Assembly (NCBI GenBank): GCA_963838925.1
Contig: CAWISW010000003.1
Location: 288,001-352,000, forward strand
Direction of reading: 5' to 3'
Source of the DNA: an uncultured Nitrososphaerota archaeon
GTDB lineage: Archaea > Thermoproteota > Nitrososphaeria > Nitrososphaerales > Gagatemarchaeaceae
Length of the DNA: 64,000 bases
A program made the position numbers and the translations under genes. Positions 7,388-16,578 of this stretch are shown here, piece after piece. Below the pieces are notes generated by a model. The model did not search any database. It was not told the origin of the DNA and worked only from the letters and a program-made list of their open reading frames with translations. Position 1 is the first letter of the stretch. Each line of letters starts with the position of its first letter.

Positions 7388-8482
7388 ATGTCGCAGAGCG
7401 AATGGCGTGTCATCTTCCACGTGGACCTCGACGCCTTCTACGTCTCCGTGGAGGTCAAGGACAACCCCTCCCTCAAGGGCCTCCCTGTCGTGGTCGGGGC
7501 TGACCCCGCAGGGGGAAAGGCGCGGGGTGTCGTGATGACCTGCTCTTACGAGGCGAGAAAGCTCGGTCTCAGGTCAGGGATGCCAATCTCCACCGCGTAC
7601 AGACTCTGTCCTGACGCGGTGTACCTCCCGCCACGGTGGGAACGTTACGGCGAGGTCTCGATGCGGGTGATGGATCTCCTCAGGGGGTACGCCGACAAGT
7701 TCGAACAGACCGGAATCGACGAGGGGTTCCTGGATGTCTCAGACCGTGCCAAGAGCGTCGAGGCGGCGAAGGACCTCGCCATGGCGATCAAGAAAGACAT
7801 ACGGGAATCGTTGGGGATAACTTGCTCCATCGGCATCGCGCCGAACAAGTCCCTGGCGAAGATCGCCTCGGACAGACAGAAGCCAGACGGGCTGACCGTC
7901 GTCCCCTTCGACGACCCGAGGGGGTTCCTCGCGCCGCTCCCCGTCGCCGTCATCCCCGGGGTAGGGGCCAAGACCCAGGCCTTCTTGAAGGAGAAAGGAA
8001 TTGCGACGATCGGGGAGCTCCAGAAGGTGTCCGGTCAGGAACTGTTGAAGTGGTTCGGAAAGACCGGGGTGTGGCTCTGGGGCGTCATCCAAGCCGAAGA
8101 GAAGCTTTCGGTCTTCGAGAGGGACATGCTGAAGTCGATGAGCGTGGAGAGGACCTTCGGCGAGGACGTCGAAGACTTTGAGCACGTCTACGCCCAGGTC
8201 GATGTCGAAGCCCGCGAGCTCGCCGAGAGGGTGCGCGATGCCGACCTCAAGTTCAAGGTGGCGGGAATCAAGATCCGTTTCAAGGGGTTCCAGACCTTCA
8301 CGCGAGAGACGACGCTCACCGGCTTCACCGACAGCGAAGAAACCCTGAGGCGCGAGGCTCGCATCCTCCTCAAGGAGTTCGAGTACAAGAAGAGACCGGT
8401 GAGGCTGGTGGGGCTCCGCGTCTCGCAGCTCAAGCGCGAGAAGGAGGCCTTGGCCAGGCTGGACGAGTGGGCCGGAAACTGA
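7388..8482 (+). CDS. dinB: Y-family DNA polymerase IV (DinB/Dpo4)
   Basis: HVDLDAFYVSVE, SYEAR, GIDE, NKSLAKIASD...KPDG, VRLVGLRVS. Confidence 0.95.
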   Translation: MSQSEWRVIFHVDLDAFYVSVEVKDNPSLKGLPVVVGADPAGGKARGVVMTCSYEARKLGLRSGMPISTAYRLCPDAVYLPPRWERYGEVSMRVMDLLRGYADKFEQTGIDEGFLDVSDRAKSVEAAKDLAMAIKKDIRESLGITCSIGIAPNKSLAKIASDRQKPDGLTVVPFDDPRGFLAPLPVAVIPGVGAKTQAFLKEKGIATIGELQKVSGQELLKWFGKTGVWLWGVIQAEEKLSVFERDMLKSMSVERTFGEDVEDFEHVYAQVDVEARELAERVRDADLKFKVAGIKIRFKGFQTFTRETTLTGFTDSEETLRREARILLKEFEYKKRPVRLVGLRVSQLKREKEALARLDEWAGN

Positions 8483-8489
8483 CGGCTGC

Positions 8490-11123
8490 CTACCTGACGC
8501 GCCTTCGTCTCAAGGCAGCGTAGGCGGCTAGGGCAACCAACACGGCCGCACCTGCCACCGCCCCGAAGTCTGGCAGGCTCCCTGGGAGCCTCACGTCGAC
8601 CTGCTTGGCTTGTCCGGCCACGGTCGCGCTCGTCTGCTGCGAGAATCCCAAGTAGGAGACGGTGGCGTTGAAGCGCCCCAGCGGGATCGGCCCCATGGAG
8701 ACGGTGCCGTCCGCACCGGTGCTCCGCGTGATGGAGGTGCCGTTGGCGAGCTGCACGTGCGCCGATGCGCCAGAGATCGGAACCTGCAGGTAGTCCGTGA
8801 CCCTGAGAGTCGCGTCGTATACCGCCGCGGCGACCGTGACGTTCTGGGGGGCGTCTACGGTCGTGACCTGCGGAGCCGGTTTCACGTCCGAGCCCTCCCA
8901 GATCAGGTGCTGGATCACGAACGAAGAGCCAGCGTCAAGCCACGCGCTCGACCCCTGGACGTCGATTGTGGAGTTGGGCTGCGAGACAGAAATCTGGAAC
9001 GTCGTCGGAGTGATCGTTCTAGAGCCCACCGCGTCCGTGAAGCTGAATGCGACCAAGTATTGCTCGGCAGAGCCGAACGCCAGCTGGCGTAGCCCGTCCA
9101 AGATGATTGGCGGGGTAGAGAAGGCGCCGGACCCGTTCATCGGGACCACGACCGGCTGGGCGCCCCCACCGTCGAGGCTGAAGGAGACGAGCGCTTCGCG
9201 GCTGACGGCAGTTGCCCCCCACGTGCTAGCCGTGGAGACCGTGACAGAGGACCCCGAGTCGTAGAACCCGTCGCCTGTCGGAGACGGCGGGGTGATGGAC
9301 GTGGCGAACCCTCCTGAGACCGAGAGCAGGTATTGCTGGCCGTACACGAGCTCTAGGGGAGCGGCGGAGGAGACCGTACCGTTGCTGAGGGGGGCGAACC
9401 ATCGCTGCGTGGCCGTCGACCCTGGAAGGGGGTTCGTGGCCGAGTACCCGCCGCCCGCGTCGAGCCAGACCCCCTGAGGCGATTGGCCTAACGAGATGTC
9501 GAGCGTCTTCCCAAGAGAAGAGGAGGCGAGGACCGGCGGCGAGGACCCGGCGCCCCCACCAGCGTAAGAGACCGGGACGAAGAACTGGTGGTAGTATTGC
9601 AGCGTCACAGAGCCCGGGGAGGCGACGCTCCCGCTCGTCGTACGAGCAATCCATCTCTCGTCGGAGCTCGAGCCGGGGAGCTGGCTCGTGTAGTTGTAGC
9701 TCGACCGCGCGTCGGCCCAGACTCCCTGACCCGCGCCCGACGGCGACGCGGTGGCCGACTCGGGGGCGCCCAGCTGCGTGACCTCGACCGAGGGCGCCGA
9801 GTACCCGCTCCCCCCTCCTGTTACGTCGAACCCGAAGCCGACCTTGTACTGGTGGTAGTAGTCGAACTCGAATGTCTCAGCGAACCTGAGCGTCCCGCTC
9901 GTGGTCTGGACCACCTGCCACCTCTCGCTCGAGGTCGAGCCTCCGAGCGTCCCGGTGACGTTCCAGACGCTCCCGGAGTCCACGTTCAGGTTCTGGGGCG
10001 TGGTTGACAGCAGCGTGTTCTCGAGGACGCCGCCGGAGAAGTAGGTGAACGTGGGCGGCGTGAAGCCAGAGCCTCCGCCCAGAGCCTGGTAGTTTGCGAC
10101 CACCTTGAGCGTAGGGACCGCGGCCGGAAGGAAGCAACCCCCTGCCTTGTTGCTCCACATCTCCTGGACGAGGTACTTGTCGCCGTTGAGCAAGATGTTG
10201 CTGCCGTCGCCGGCGACCGTGCCGAACCTCCAGACGCACTCGTCGGCTATCTCGTGGTCCGTGTCCTGGTAGTACCAGCCGTTGAATACGGGGTCGGTCA
10301 CCGCCTCGAAGCCCTCGTGCGCTACCAGGTTGACCGCAGAGTCGGCGAAGGCGGCCCCGTTGGGCGCGGCGGCCCCGGTCGCCGTAGTCGCCAAGCAGGA
10401 TCCAGTGTTTGCGTTTCCGGGATCAGGGATGTCCGCGTATATCACATCCTCACCGTTCGAGGCTTCGAAGGCGGAGTGGTAGGCGCAGTATCCGTTGTAT
10501 GAGCATGTGTCCCCCGCGCAGCCGAAGACGTTCTCCCCAGTGAAGACGAAGAACTCGTTGTTCCCGTTGCCCGCCGACCAGCCGTTCGCGCTCATCGCCT
10601 TGGTCACCTCCGCTTCAATGTCGGAGTCCTGGAGCGGGTTCGCCCTCGTCCCCTCCGAGCCGGGATATGGCGAAGTGTCCAGCCACGACCCTCCGAAGGG
10701 GGTGGCAAACCCCGGCCCGCCTGACGCGTCCGTGTATTGCTGAACTATCGAGTAGTAGGCCGTGTTCGAGAGGTCCCTGAGGTACTGTCCGACAAGCCCT
10801 TCGTAGCTGGCGTCGCTGGCGTTGGCGTAGGGGTGGTCTATCGAGGGGGAGTCGAAGTGATATCCCGAAGGCAGCCAGAATATGGCGTAATTGGTCACCG
10901 AGTGCATGACCGGCCCGCCGTGGCTCGTGACGTTGCCGACCGAAGACGTGGCCGTCCCGACCAGGGCACACCGCGCGCAAAGATCCTGCGGCATGAAGAG
11001 CGGAGTGTGCGCCCCGCCAAAGCCTGGATGGCCGCTGGCCGGCTGCAGCGCCTGAAGGCCGTAGGCGAGCCTGGGCGCAGCGAGTAGCAGGCAGATGGAA
11101 ACGAGAAGGATGACCGCTTTCGT
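8490..11123 (-). CDS. Large secreted/surface protein: Phi-1/EXORDIUM-like zincin domain, ~90-aa beta repeats, C-terminal TM anchor; probable ACG start
   Basis: HGGPV, CAYHS, AHEGFEAVTDP, EIADEC motifs; repeated RW...YYHQY units; signal peptide (T/M)KAVILLVSICLLLAA lies in-frame upstream of the first ATG (10994). Confidence 0.8.
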   Translation of the reverse strand, partial: TKAVILLVSICLLLAAPRLAYGLQALQPASGHPGFGGAHTPLFMPQDLCARCALVGTATSSVGNVTSHGGPVMHSVTNYAIFWLPSGYHFDSPSIDHPYANASDASYEGLVGQYLRDLSNTAYYSIVQQYTDASGGPGFATPFGGSWLDTSPYPGSEGTRANPLQDSDIEAEVTKAMSANGWSAGNGNNEFFVFTGENVFGCAGDTCSYNGYCAYHSAFEASNGEDVIYADIPDPGNANTGSCLATTATGAAAPNGAAFADSAVNLVAHEGFEAVTDPVFNGWYYQDTDHEIADECVWRFGTVAGDGSNILLNGDKYLVQEMWSNKAGGCFLPAAVPTLKVVANYQALGGGSGFTPPTFTYFSGGVLENTLLSTTPQNLNVDSGSVWNVTGTLGGSTSSERWQVVQTTSGTLRFAETFEFDYYHQYKVGFGFDVTGGGSGYSAPSVEVTQLGAPESATASPSGAGQGVWADARSSYNYTSQLPGSSSDERWIARTTSGSVASPGSVTLQYYHQFFVPVSYAGGGAGSSPPVLASSSLGKTLDISLGQSPQGVWLDAGGGYSATNPLPGSTATQRWFAPLSNGTVSSAAPLELVYGQQYLLSVSGGFATSITPPSPTGDGFYDSGSSVTVSTASTWGATAVSREALVSFSLDGGGAQPVVVPMNGSGAFSTPPIILDGLRQLAFGSAEQYLVAFSFTDAVGSRTITPTTFQISVSQPNSTIDVQGSSAWLDAGSSFVIQHLIWEGSDVKPAPQVTTVDAPQNVTVAAAVYDATLRVTDYLQVPISGASAHVQLANGTSITRSTGADGTVSMGPIPLGRFNATVSYLGFSQQTSATVAGQAKQVDVRLPGSLPDFGAVAGAAVLVALAAYAALRRRRVR

Positions 11124-11234
11124 GCTTCCGACGGGCCCTCCCCGGCTTAATATCTTCGTGCGAATTAGTCGGCCTGCGAGGCGCGCCGACCCAAACGGAC
11201 ATATCGCGCACTTGGGTAGGCGCGGACGCTCCTA

Positions 11235-11696
11235 TTGGTGATCGAGGCCACCGTCTGCCACGTGTTTCGGGGCCGAAGACTGCTCCTGAAGAAGGCCAGC
11301 AGGGGAATAAGCGTCGGCAAGTGGAACGCGCCAGGAGGCAAGTCGGAACGCGGGGAGTCGCCCGAGGCGTGCGCCCGGCGGGAGGTCCTGGAGGAGACCG
11401 GCCTCAGAGTCTCCGACCTCTTCTACCACGGCGCGCTAACGTTCATGATGGACGGGGGGAAGACCCGCCACACGATAGCCCACCTCTTCTCCACGAAGAA
11501 GGCCAGAGGAAGAGCGAGGTCTAGCGACGAGGGGCGCGTCAAGTGGTTCCCTCTGGACACGCTCCCCTACGACGAGATGTGGGAGGACGACCAGCTGTGG
11601 ATCCCCCTCATGCTGAGGGGCGTCAAGTTCGACGCGACCTTCAGCTACGACGAGGCCAACCGCCACGTGACGGCCTTCGCAATCACTTCGAGGTAG
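11235..11696 (+). CDS. Nudix hydrolase (MTH1/8-oxo-dGTPase-like)
   Basis: GKWNAPGGK, Nudix box ARREVLEETGL, EMWEDD. Confidence 0.9.
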   Translation: MVIEATVCHVFRGRRLLLKKASRGISVGKWNAPGGKSERGESPEACARREVLEETGLRVSDLFYHGALTFMMDGGKTRHTIAHLFSTKKARGRARSSDEGRVKWFPLDTLPYDEMWEDDQLWIPLMLRGVKFDATFSYDEANRHVTAFAITSR

Positions 11697-11716
11697 GCCG
11701 GCCGACTAGGCTCGGG

Positions 11717-12658
11717 TCAGATGCCGAGCGCTTGCCGGAGGCCCTTGTACCTGTTTCGGAGCGTGACCTCGGTGATTGACGCGGCGTCGGCGATGTCCTT
11801 CTGAGTCTTGCCGTTGCCCTCGAGGGTGGAAGCCACGTAGAGAGCGGCTGCCGCCAGTCCCATCGGGTCCTTCCCGGCGACGATCTCCTTCTGGTGTGCC
11901 TTTGTCAGGATCTCCAGCGCCCTTCTCTTCGTCTTCTCTCCGACGACCGCCCTTGACGCGATCCTCGAGACCGACTTTATCGGGTCCGGGACCGGCATCT
12001 GGAGGTCCATCTCCCTCACGAGTATCCTGTACGACCTCGCCAGGTCCTTCTTGCTCACGTTGCTGACCGCGGCGACATCCTTGAGCGTCCTTGGGACCTC
12101 CATGTCCCTGCACGCGGCGTAGAGAGCCGCGGCCGAGATCTGGATGATCGACCTGCCCCTCGTCACGCCCCTCTCCACCGCCTTCCGGTAGATGTACGCA
12201 GCCCGCTCTACCACCTCGTCTCCCACGGAGAGCTTCTCCGCGAACATCTTCATCTCGTTGAAGGCCTGCCTCAGGTTTCTGTCGAAGGAGTTGGCAGCCT
12301 GGCTCCTCTTGTCCCATATCCTCACCCTGTCCATCGTGTGCCTCATGGGGCCTGAGAGCGAGGAGCCCGAGGCGTCGCGGTTGGATGAGCCTATCACCGT
12401 CGAGAGACCCATGTCGAACGATGTAATCGACGTCGGCATTCCCGTCCTGGCCTTGCTTGCGCCGCCCTGGTCGTCTTGGAAAGACCTCCATTCTGGTCTT
12501 GTCTCCTCTAGCCTTTCCTTCATCACGTACCCGCAGTTTGTACAATAGAACTCCCCTGTGTTCGAATCCTCCGCCAGGGGGCCCTTTCCGCAACGCGGAC
12601 ACTTGTCCGCCTTGCCTTGTCTCCCTTTTAGCCCGGGAGAGTCCAGTCTATACGACAC
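11717..12658 (-). CDS. tfb: Transcription initiation factor IIB (TFB paralogue)
   Basis: CPRC...CTNCG Zn ribbon, PEWRSF, two cyclin repeats, ITEVTLRNRY. Confidence 0.96.
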   Translation of the reverse strand: MSYRLDSPGLKGRQGKADKCPRCGKGPLAEDSNTGEFYCTNCGYVMKERLEETRPEWRSFQDDQGGASKARTGMPTSITSFDMGLSTVIGSSNRDASGSSLSGPMRHTMDRVRIWDKRSQAANSFDRNLRQAFNEMKMFAEKLSVGDEVVERAAYIYRKAVERGVTRGRSIIQISAAALYAACRDMEVPRTLKDVAAVSNVSKKDLARSYRILVREMDLQMPVPDPIKSVSRIASRAVVGEKTKRRALEILTKAHQKEIVAGKDPMGLAAAALYVASTLEGNGKTQKDIADAASITEVTLRNRYKGLRQALGI

Positions 12659-12716
12659 TTTCTATCACTATTGTTATAATGTCCATCGCTTATATTTAAA
12701 TCTATTGGGACAAATA

Positions 12717-12748
12717 ACGATAAATCGTGCTTTCCCACGAGCTATCGT
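12717..12748. promoter_or_regulatory. Dyad-symmetric operator candidate between divergent tfb and ArsR-family genes
   Basis: ACGATA-N2-TCGTG-N6-CACGA-N2-TATCGT, just downstream of TTATATTTAAA (12690-12700). Confidence 0.5.
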
Positions 12749-12795
12749 AGGCTTCCCGTAAACTCTAAAAGAGCCCTCGGCCTAACAAATGGTGG

Positions 12796-13155
12796 ATGCT
12801 CCAGGTCAAGACAAAGGAGGTCTCTAGTCGACTTGGTAAGTTCACGGTCATCAAGATTGGCCAGATGGTTTTGATTGGCCAGTGCGATTCAAGAATGAAG
12901 ATTCTTGCCGCCCTTTCGCAAGACGCCTTGACCGGTGAGGAGTTAACTCGAGAGATAGGCATATCCTACTCAGCCGTGATGGACCACATGGACTGCCTGG
13001 AAAGGCTGGGGCTGGTCAGGGTTTCTCTAAAGAGAGGAGATGGAGGAGACGGAAAGAGGAAGAGGAGAATATTTCGCTTCCACTTGAGCGAAGATCCTTC
13101 TGGAAGGAATCGAAGAACTCTTCCTTACGAAAACCTAGTTGAGCCCAGTAGGTAG
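12796..13155 (+). CDS. ArsR-like winged-HTH transcription regulator (C-terminus possibly frameshifted)
   Basis: RMKILAAL...ELTREIGISYSAVMDHMDCLERLGLV HTH pattern. Confidence 0.8.
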   Translation: MLQVKTKEVSSRLGKFTVIKIGQMVLIGQCDSRMKILAALSQDALTGEELTREIGISYSAVMDHMDCLERLGLVRVSLKRGDGGDGKRKRRIFRFHLSEDPSGRNRRTLPYENLVEPSR

Positions 13156-13179
13156 TACGACTTCTTCACCGTACAGCGA

Positions 13180-13659
13180 CTATTGAAGCTCCTCCCACCA
13201 GTCGTTGTCTATGATGCGAATGCCTAGATCGTATTTCGTGGCAGCATCTGCCAGCATCAATGCAAACCTGAATGTCGGTCCTACCGGGCTACCACTCGGA
13301 CTGCGGAAGTAGTAATAGTCCAGCGAGCCTCCATTCTCGTCTAGATAGCGCAGGTAACTCAGTAGTTGTATCTTCGGGCTGCCTCCACCTCTCGTTACGG
13401 AGGCCTTGTTCTCGACCAAACCTCCCTTTCGGGTCTTATTGTCCACCTTAAAGACGAAAGCTCCCCATCTGTATGGGACCTTCACGCGCAGTTTGACTTC
13501 GGTCTTGCCGCCTTCCTTCTCGTACACGTAAGCGTTGCACAACCGTGGAACATAGTGCCTGAAATTGTCTTCCTCTTTTTTGGTGGCGGGAGCTGGATTA
13601 GTCCACGTTGATTCGTCGTTAGTGAACCTCGTCGGGTGGTCTTGGAATCCGGGGACCAC
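13180..13659 (-). CDS. Putative PD-(D/E)xK restriction-endonuclease-fold protein (Tox-REase-like)
   Basis: VDN...GLVENKAS...QLLSY...SLDYYYF arrangement; lower GC than flanks. Confidence 0.5.
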   Translation of the reverse strand: MVPGFQDHPTRFTNDESTWTNPAPATKKEEDNFRHYVPRLCNAYVYEKEGGKTEVKLRVKVPYRWGAFVFKVDNKTRKGGLVENKASVTRGGGSPKIQLLSYLRYLDENGGSLDYYYFRSPSGSPVGPTFRFALMLADAATKYDLGIRIIDNDWWEELQ

Positions 13660-13665
13660 TTACTA

Positions 13666-14097
13666 TCATCCTGTTGTGATAAGGCTCTGCCTGCGCAGCT
13701 CTGCGAGAGTCACGGCCATCGGCACGACGCATGCGGTCGCGAGCATCACCAAAATCGAAGCCGGGATTTCGCCAATCCAGAGGAATGGCAGGAAGACGTT
13801 GAAGGCGTCGTGAATGAAGACTGCCCCGGTTAGGCCGAGAATCGCCCCTGCGATGACAACCTTCTTCGTACTTGGCCGCCTCATGAAGAAGCATATGGGA
13901 AGGATGAGCGAGGAGATCACCACCACATACATCGGATAGTAAGCGACGCTGATGGGATAGTCGAAGAAGAACATGAAAATCGTCGCAATGGCGTAGTGGG
14001 AGAGCGCAACGTTGGCGAGGGCTATCAATATGGCCAGCATCATCGTCACAAGAAACAGTCTGTCGTCTTTGGCGACAGGAGATGCCATGAAAGACAA
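13666..14097 (-). CDS. Four-TM membrane protein
   Basis: Four hydrophobic segments; ends with TGA TAG TAA. Confidence 0.7.
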   Translation of the reverse strand: MSFMASPVAKDDRLFLVTMMLAILIALANVALSHYAIATIFMFFFDYPISVAYYPMYVVVISSLILPICFFMRRPSTKKVVIAGAILGLTGAVFIHDAFNVFLPFLWIGEIPASILVMLATACVVPMAVTLAELRRQSLITTG

Positions 14098-14218
14098 ACA
14101 TGGCCCGCCTTATCAGCGCCCACACAGGCAAGACGGCCGCTTCATCGGATGCGACGCAGAAACGGCGAGCTGACCTCCTAACATCACTTATTACTCATCC
14201 ACGCCTCATCCGCAGCCC

Positions 14219-15160
14219 ATGAAGACCACGAAGGCCCTCCGGAAGAAGCTTGACAACTGGAAGCAGAAGCCGATCGTAGCCCCAGGAGTCCACGACCCGT
14301 ACTGCGCGAGGATCGCTGAGAAGCTGGGGTTCGACACTTTGTACATGGGGGGAGCCGCGACGTCCATGTCCAGGCTCGGGATGGCCGACTTCGGGCTTGC
14401 GACGGCGACTGAAGTCCAAGCGAACGCCAGGTACATCACCAGCGTTACGGACCTCCCTCTGATCGCTGACTCGGACAACGGATACGGGAACGCCCTGAAC
14501 ACCATGCGGACTGTCAAGGACTACATCCGGGCGGGAGTCGCCGGGATCCACATCGAGGACCAGGTCATCCCAAAGCGCTGCGGCCACCTCAAGGGGAAGG
14601 TCGTGGTCTCGCTCGAGGAGATGGTCGGCAAGATCAAGGCAGCGAAGGAGGTGATAAGGGAGGAGGACCCCGACTTCGTCCTCATCGCCCGAACGGACGC
14701 GAGAGGGGCGGTCGGCGGAGGGCTGGACGACGCGGTGGAGCGCCTGAAGGCCTACAGGCGGGCTGGCGCCGACCTGGTGTTCGCCGACGGGCTCCTGTCC
14801 AAGGCCGAGCTCGCGACGATATGCCGAGAGACGGCCGCCCCGACGGTCTTCCACCCGACCGCGATATCGCCGAGGCTCGGCGTGGAGGAGTGCCACGAGA
14901 TGGGCGTCGCGCTGATGATCTACCCATTCGCCTCGATACACGCGATGTCAGTCGCGGTGTGGGACTTCCTCGCTCAGCTGAAGAAGGAGGGCACCAGAGC
15001 GCAGGTAAGGTTCGAGCAGAGGAACAAGGACCACCCCCTAAGCGACCTCAGGAAGCTCTTCGACCTCGGCGGGCTCAAGGAGCTGCAGGCCTACGAGAGG
15101 AAGTTCATCCCCGCTGAGGAGGTCAGGACCAAGTACGGGAAGCAGACTGTCGGCCTCTAG
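14219..15160 (+). CDS. Isocitrate lyase/PEP mutase family (methylisocitrate lyase-like)
   Basis: DSDNGYG, HIEDQ, KRCGH, IARTDA. Confidence 0.9.
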   Translation: MKTTKALRKKLDNWKQKPIVAPGVHDPYCARIAEKLGFDTLYMGGAATSMSRLGMADFGLATATEVQANARYITSVTDLPLIADSDNGYGNALNTMRTVKDYIRAGVAGIHIEDQVIPKRCGHLKGKVVVSLEEMVGKIKAAKEVIREEDPDFVLIARTDARGAVGGGLDDAVERLKAYRRAGADLVFADGLLSKAELATICRETAAPTVFHPTAISPRLGVEECHEMGVALMIYPFASIHAMSVAVWDFLAQLKKEGTRAQVRFEQRNKDHPLSDLRKLFDLGGLKELQAYERKFIPAEEVRTKYGKQTVGL

Positions 15161-15718
15161 TCAGGGCTCGACCTGCGAGAGGACTTCCAGTAGCTTCGCA
15201 TCGTTGACCTGGCTCCTCGCGGAGGTCCAAAACTCCTTCGCCAACGAGGGGTCTCCTCGCTCGTGGGCGTACTCCCAGGCCTGTATCGCCATCTCGAGCT
15301 TGTCCACTTGGCGCACCAGACGCGCCTCAGGGGTCTTGCCGCCGACGTACTCGTGCCATGCCTCCAGATAGAGCGCTCTCAGCTCCTCCGAGAGCTCGCT
15401 CAACAGCTCCTCCATCGCCTTAGTCTCCACGTCGGTCTTTCGATTCCCGCTCCTCTCCTCTGGCATGGCGTCCCCGACGATCGCCTCAGGGAGGTCGTGG
15501 ATCAGCGCGAGCCTCAGAGCCTTCCCAGTGTCCAGTCCGAGCGAGTCGCTGAAGAGCATCGTGATGAGCGCGGTCCGATAGGAGTGGTCCGCCACGGACT
15601 CCGGCCGAGCCATCCCAAGTTTCTTCACCCAGCCTCTCCGCATCTCAGCCTTGAGCCGCCCGGACATCAAGAAGAACTGCAACAGGCTCCGGGAGTCGGC
15701 TTCGGGTCCAATGTCCAT
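15161..15718 (-). CDS. HD-domain phosphohydrolase (YfbR/HDDC2-like)
   Basis: RRGW, ESVADHSYR, LIHDLPE, DKLEM. Confidence 0.9.
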   Translation of the reverse strand: MDIGPEADSRSLLQFFLMSGRLKAEMRRGWVKKLGMARPESVADHSYRTALITMLFSDSLGLDTGKALRLALIHDLPEAIVGDAMPEERSGNRKTDVETKAMEELLSELSEELRALYLEAWHEYVGGKTPEARLVRQVDKLEMAIQAWEYAHERGDPSLAKEFWTSARSQVNDAKLLEVLSQVEP

Positions 15719-15755
15719 GCCCCGACCGCAACCCCGTGAGATAATAACACTCGCG

Positions 15756-16514
15756 TCAATATCCTGCCTTGACGAGCCCCGCGTAGTCGAAGACCATCAC
15801 GCCGTCGCTGTTGTCGAGCGCGTACTGGAACTGCTGGTCGTAGTCCTGACGGCTCGAGGTGGCGAAGACCCCGACGCTCGCGACTATCCCCGGGTGGATG
15901 TACTGGTCGTTTCCGGAGCCGTAGGTCTCGATGATTAGAAGGGTAGGTTTCAGAGGGAGCGTGGGGTCGGTGGTCGTGATCGCGGACCTTCCGGAGTACG
16001 CCGAGGAGAGGTCGTTGAAGAGGGTCGTCTGGGCGCTTATCGGCAAGGTAGACATGTCGAGGTTCACGCCGTCCTCGCCGTCCGCATAGATTGAGCTGGG
16101 GATCGTTTGCGTAGCGTTCGTGAAATAGAGGGCGAAATAGAACTTCAGGCCCGCGCCGTGGGCGGAGGCGACTAACTGGCTCAGCGAGCTGTCCGAAAAG
16201 AGCAACGTCCCAGACCTGTAGACCTGGAAGAATATCGTGTTGAAGCCGTGGGAGGTGGCCGTGCTCAACAGCTCACCGAAGTTCGACGAGTTCACCACCC
16301 CGTTCCCCTGGTTGACGTAGAGGATGATCGGCTTCGAGACCGTGATGGCCTGAGTCGTGGAGGCCTGTTGCGTCGTCGTCCTCGTCCCGCTGTGGCCTTG
16401 AGACGCCGCGGAGACGACCAGATACCCGACGATCGCGGCTGTCACGACCACCCCGACCAGGTAGTATCTCAATCGCGAGTTGGTCGGGCTCTTGCGGCCC
16501 TTTAGTCTGCTCAC
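15756..16514 (-). CDS. Membrane-anchored protein with glycoside-hydrolase-like TIM barrel
   Basis: N-terminal TM, Thr-rich linker, GFNTIFFQV, DGVNLD, DGVMVFDY; start set at GTG 16514. Confidence 0.6.
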   Translation of the reverse strand: MSRLKGRKSPTNSRLRYYLVGVVVTAAIVGYLVVSAASQGHSGTRTTTQQASTTQAITVSKPIILYVNQGNGVVNSSNFGELLSTATSHGFNTIFFQVYRSGTLLFSDSSLSQLVASAHGAGLKFYFALYFTNATQTIPSSIYADGEDGVNLDMSTLPISAQTTLFNDLSSAYSGRSAITTTDPTLPLKPTLLIIETYGSGNDQYIHPGIVASVGVFATSSRQDYDQQFQYALDNSDGVMVFDYAGLVKAGY

Positions 16515-16578
16515 CTTCGGTCCTCCTCCTCTCGTCCGAGGGTAAGTTATTAACCCGAAACTCGGACCATTCCACGCG

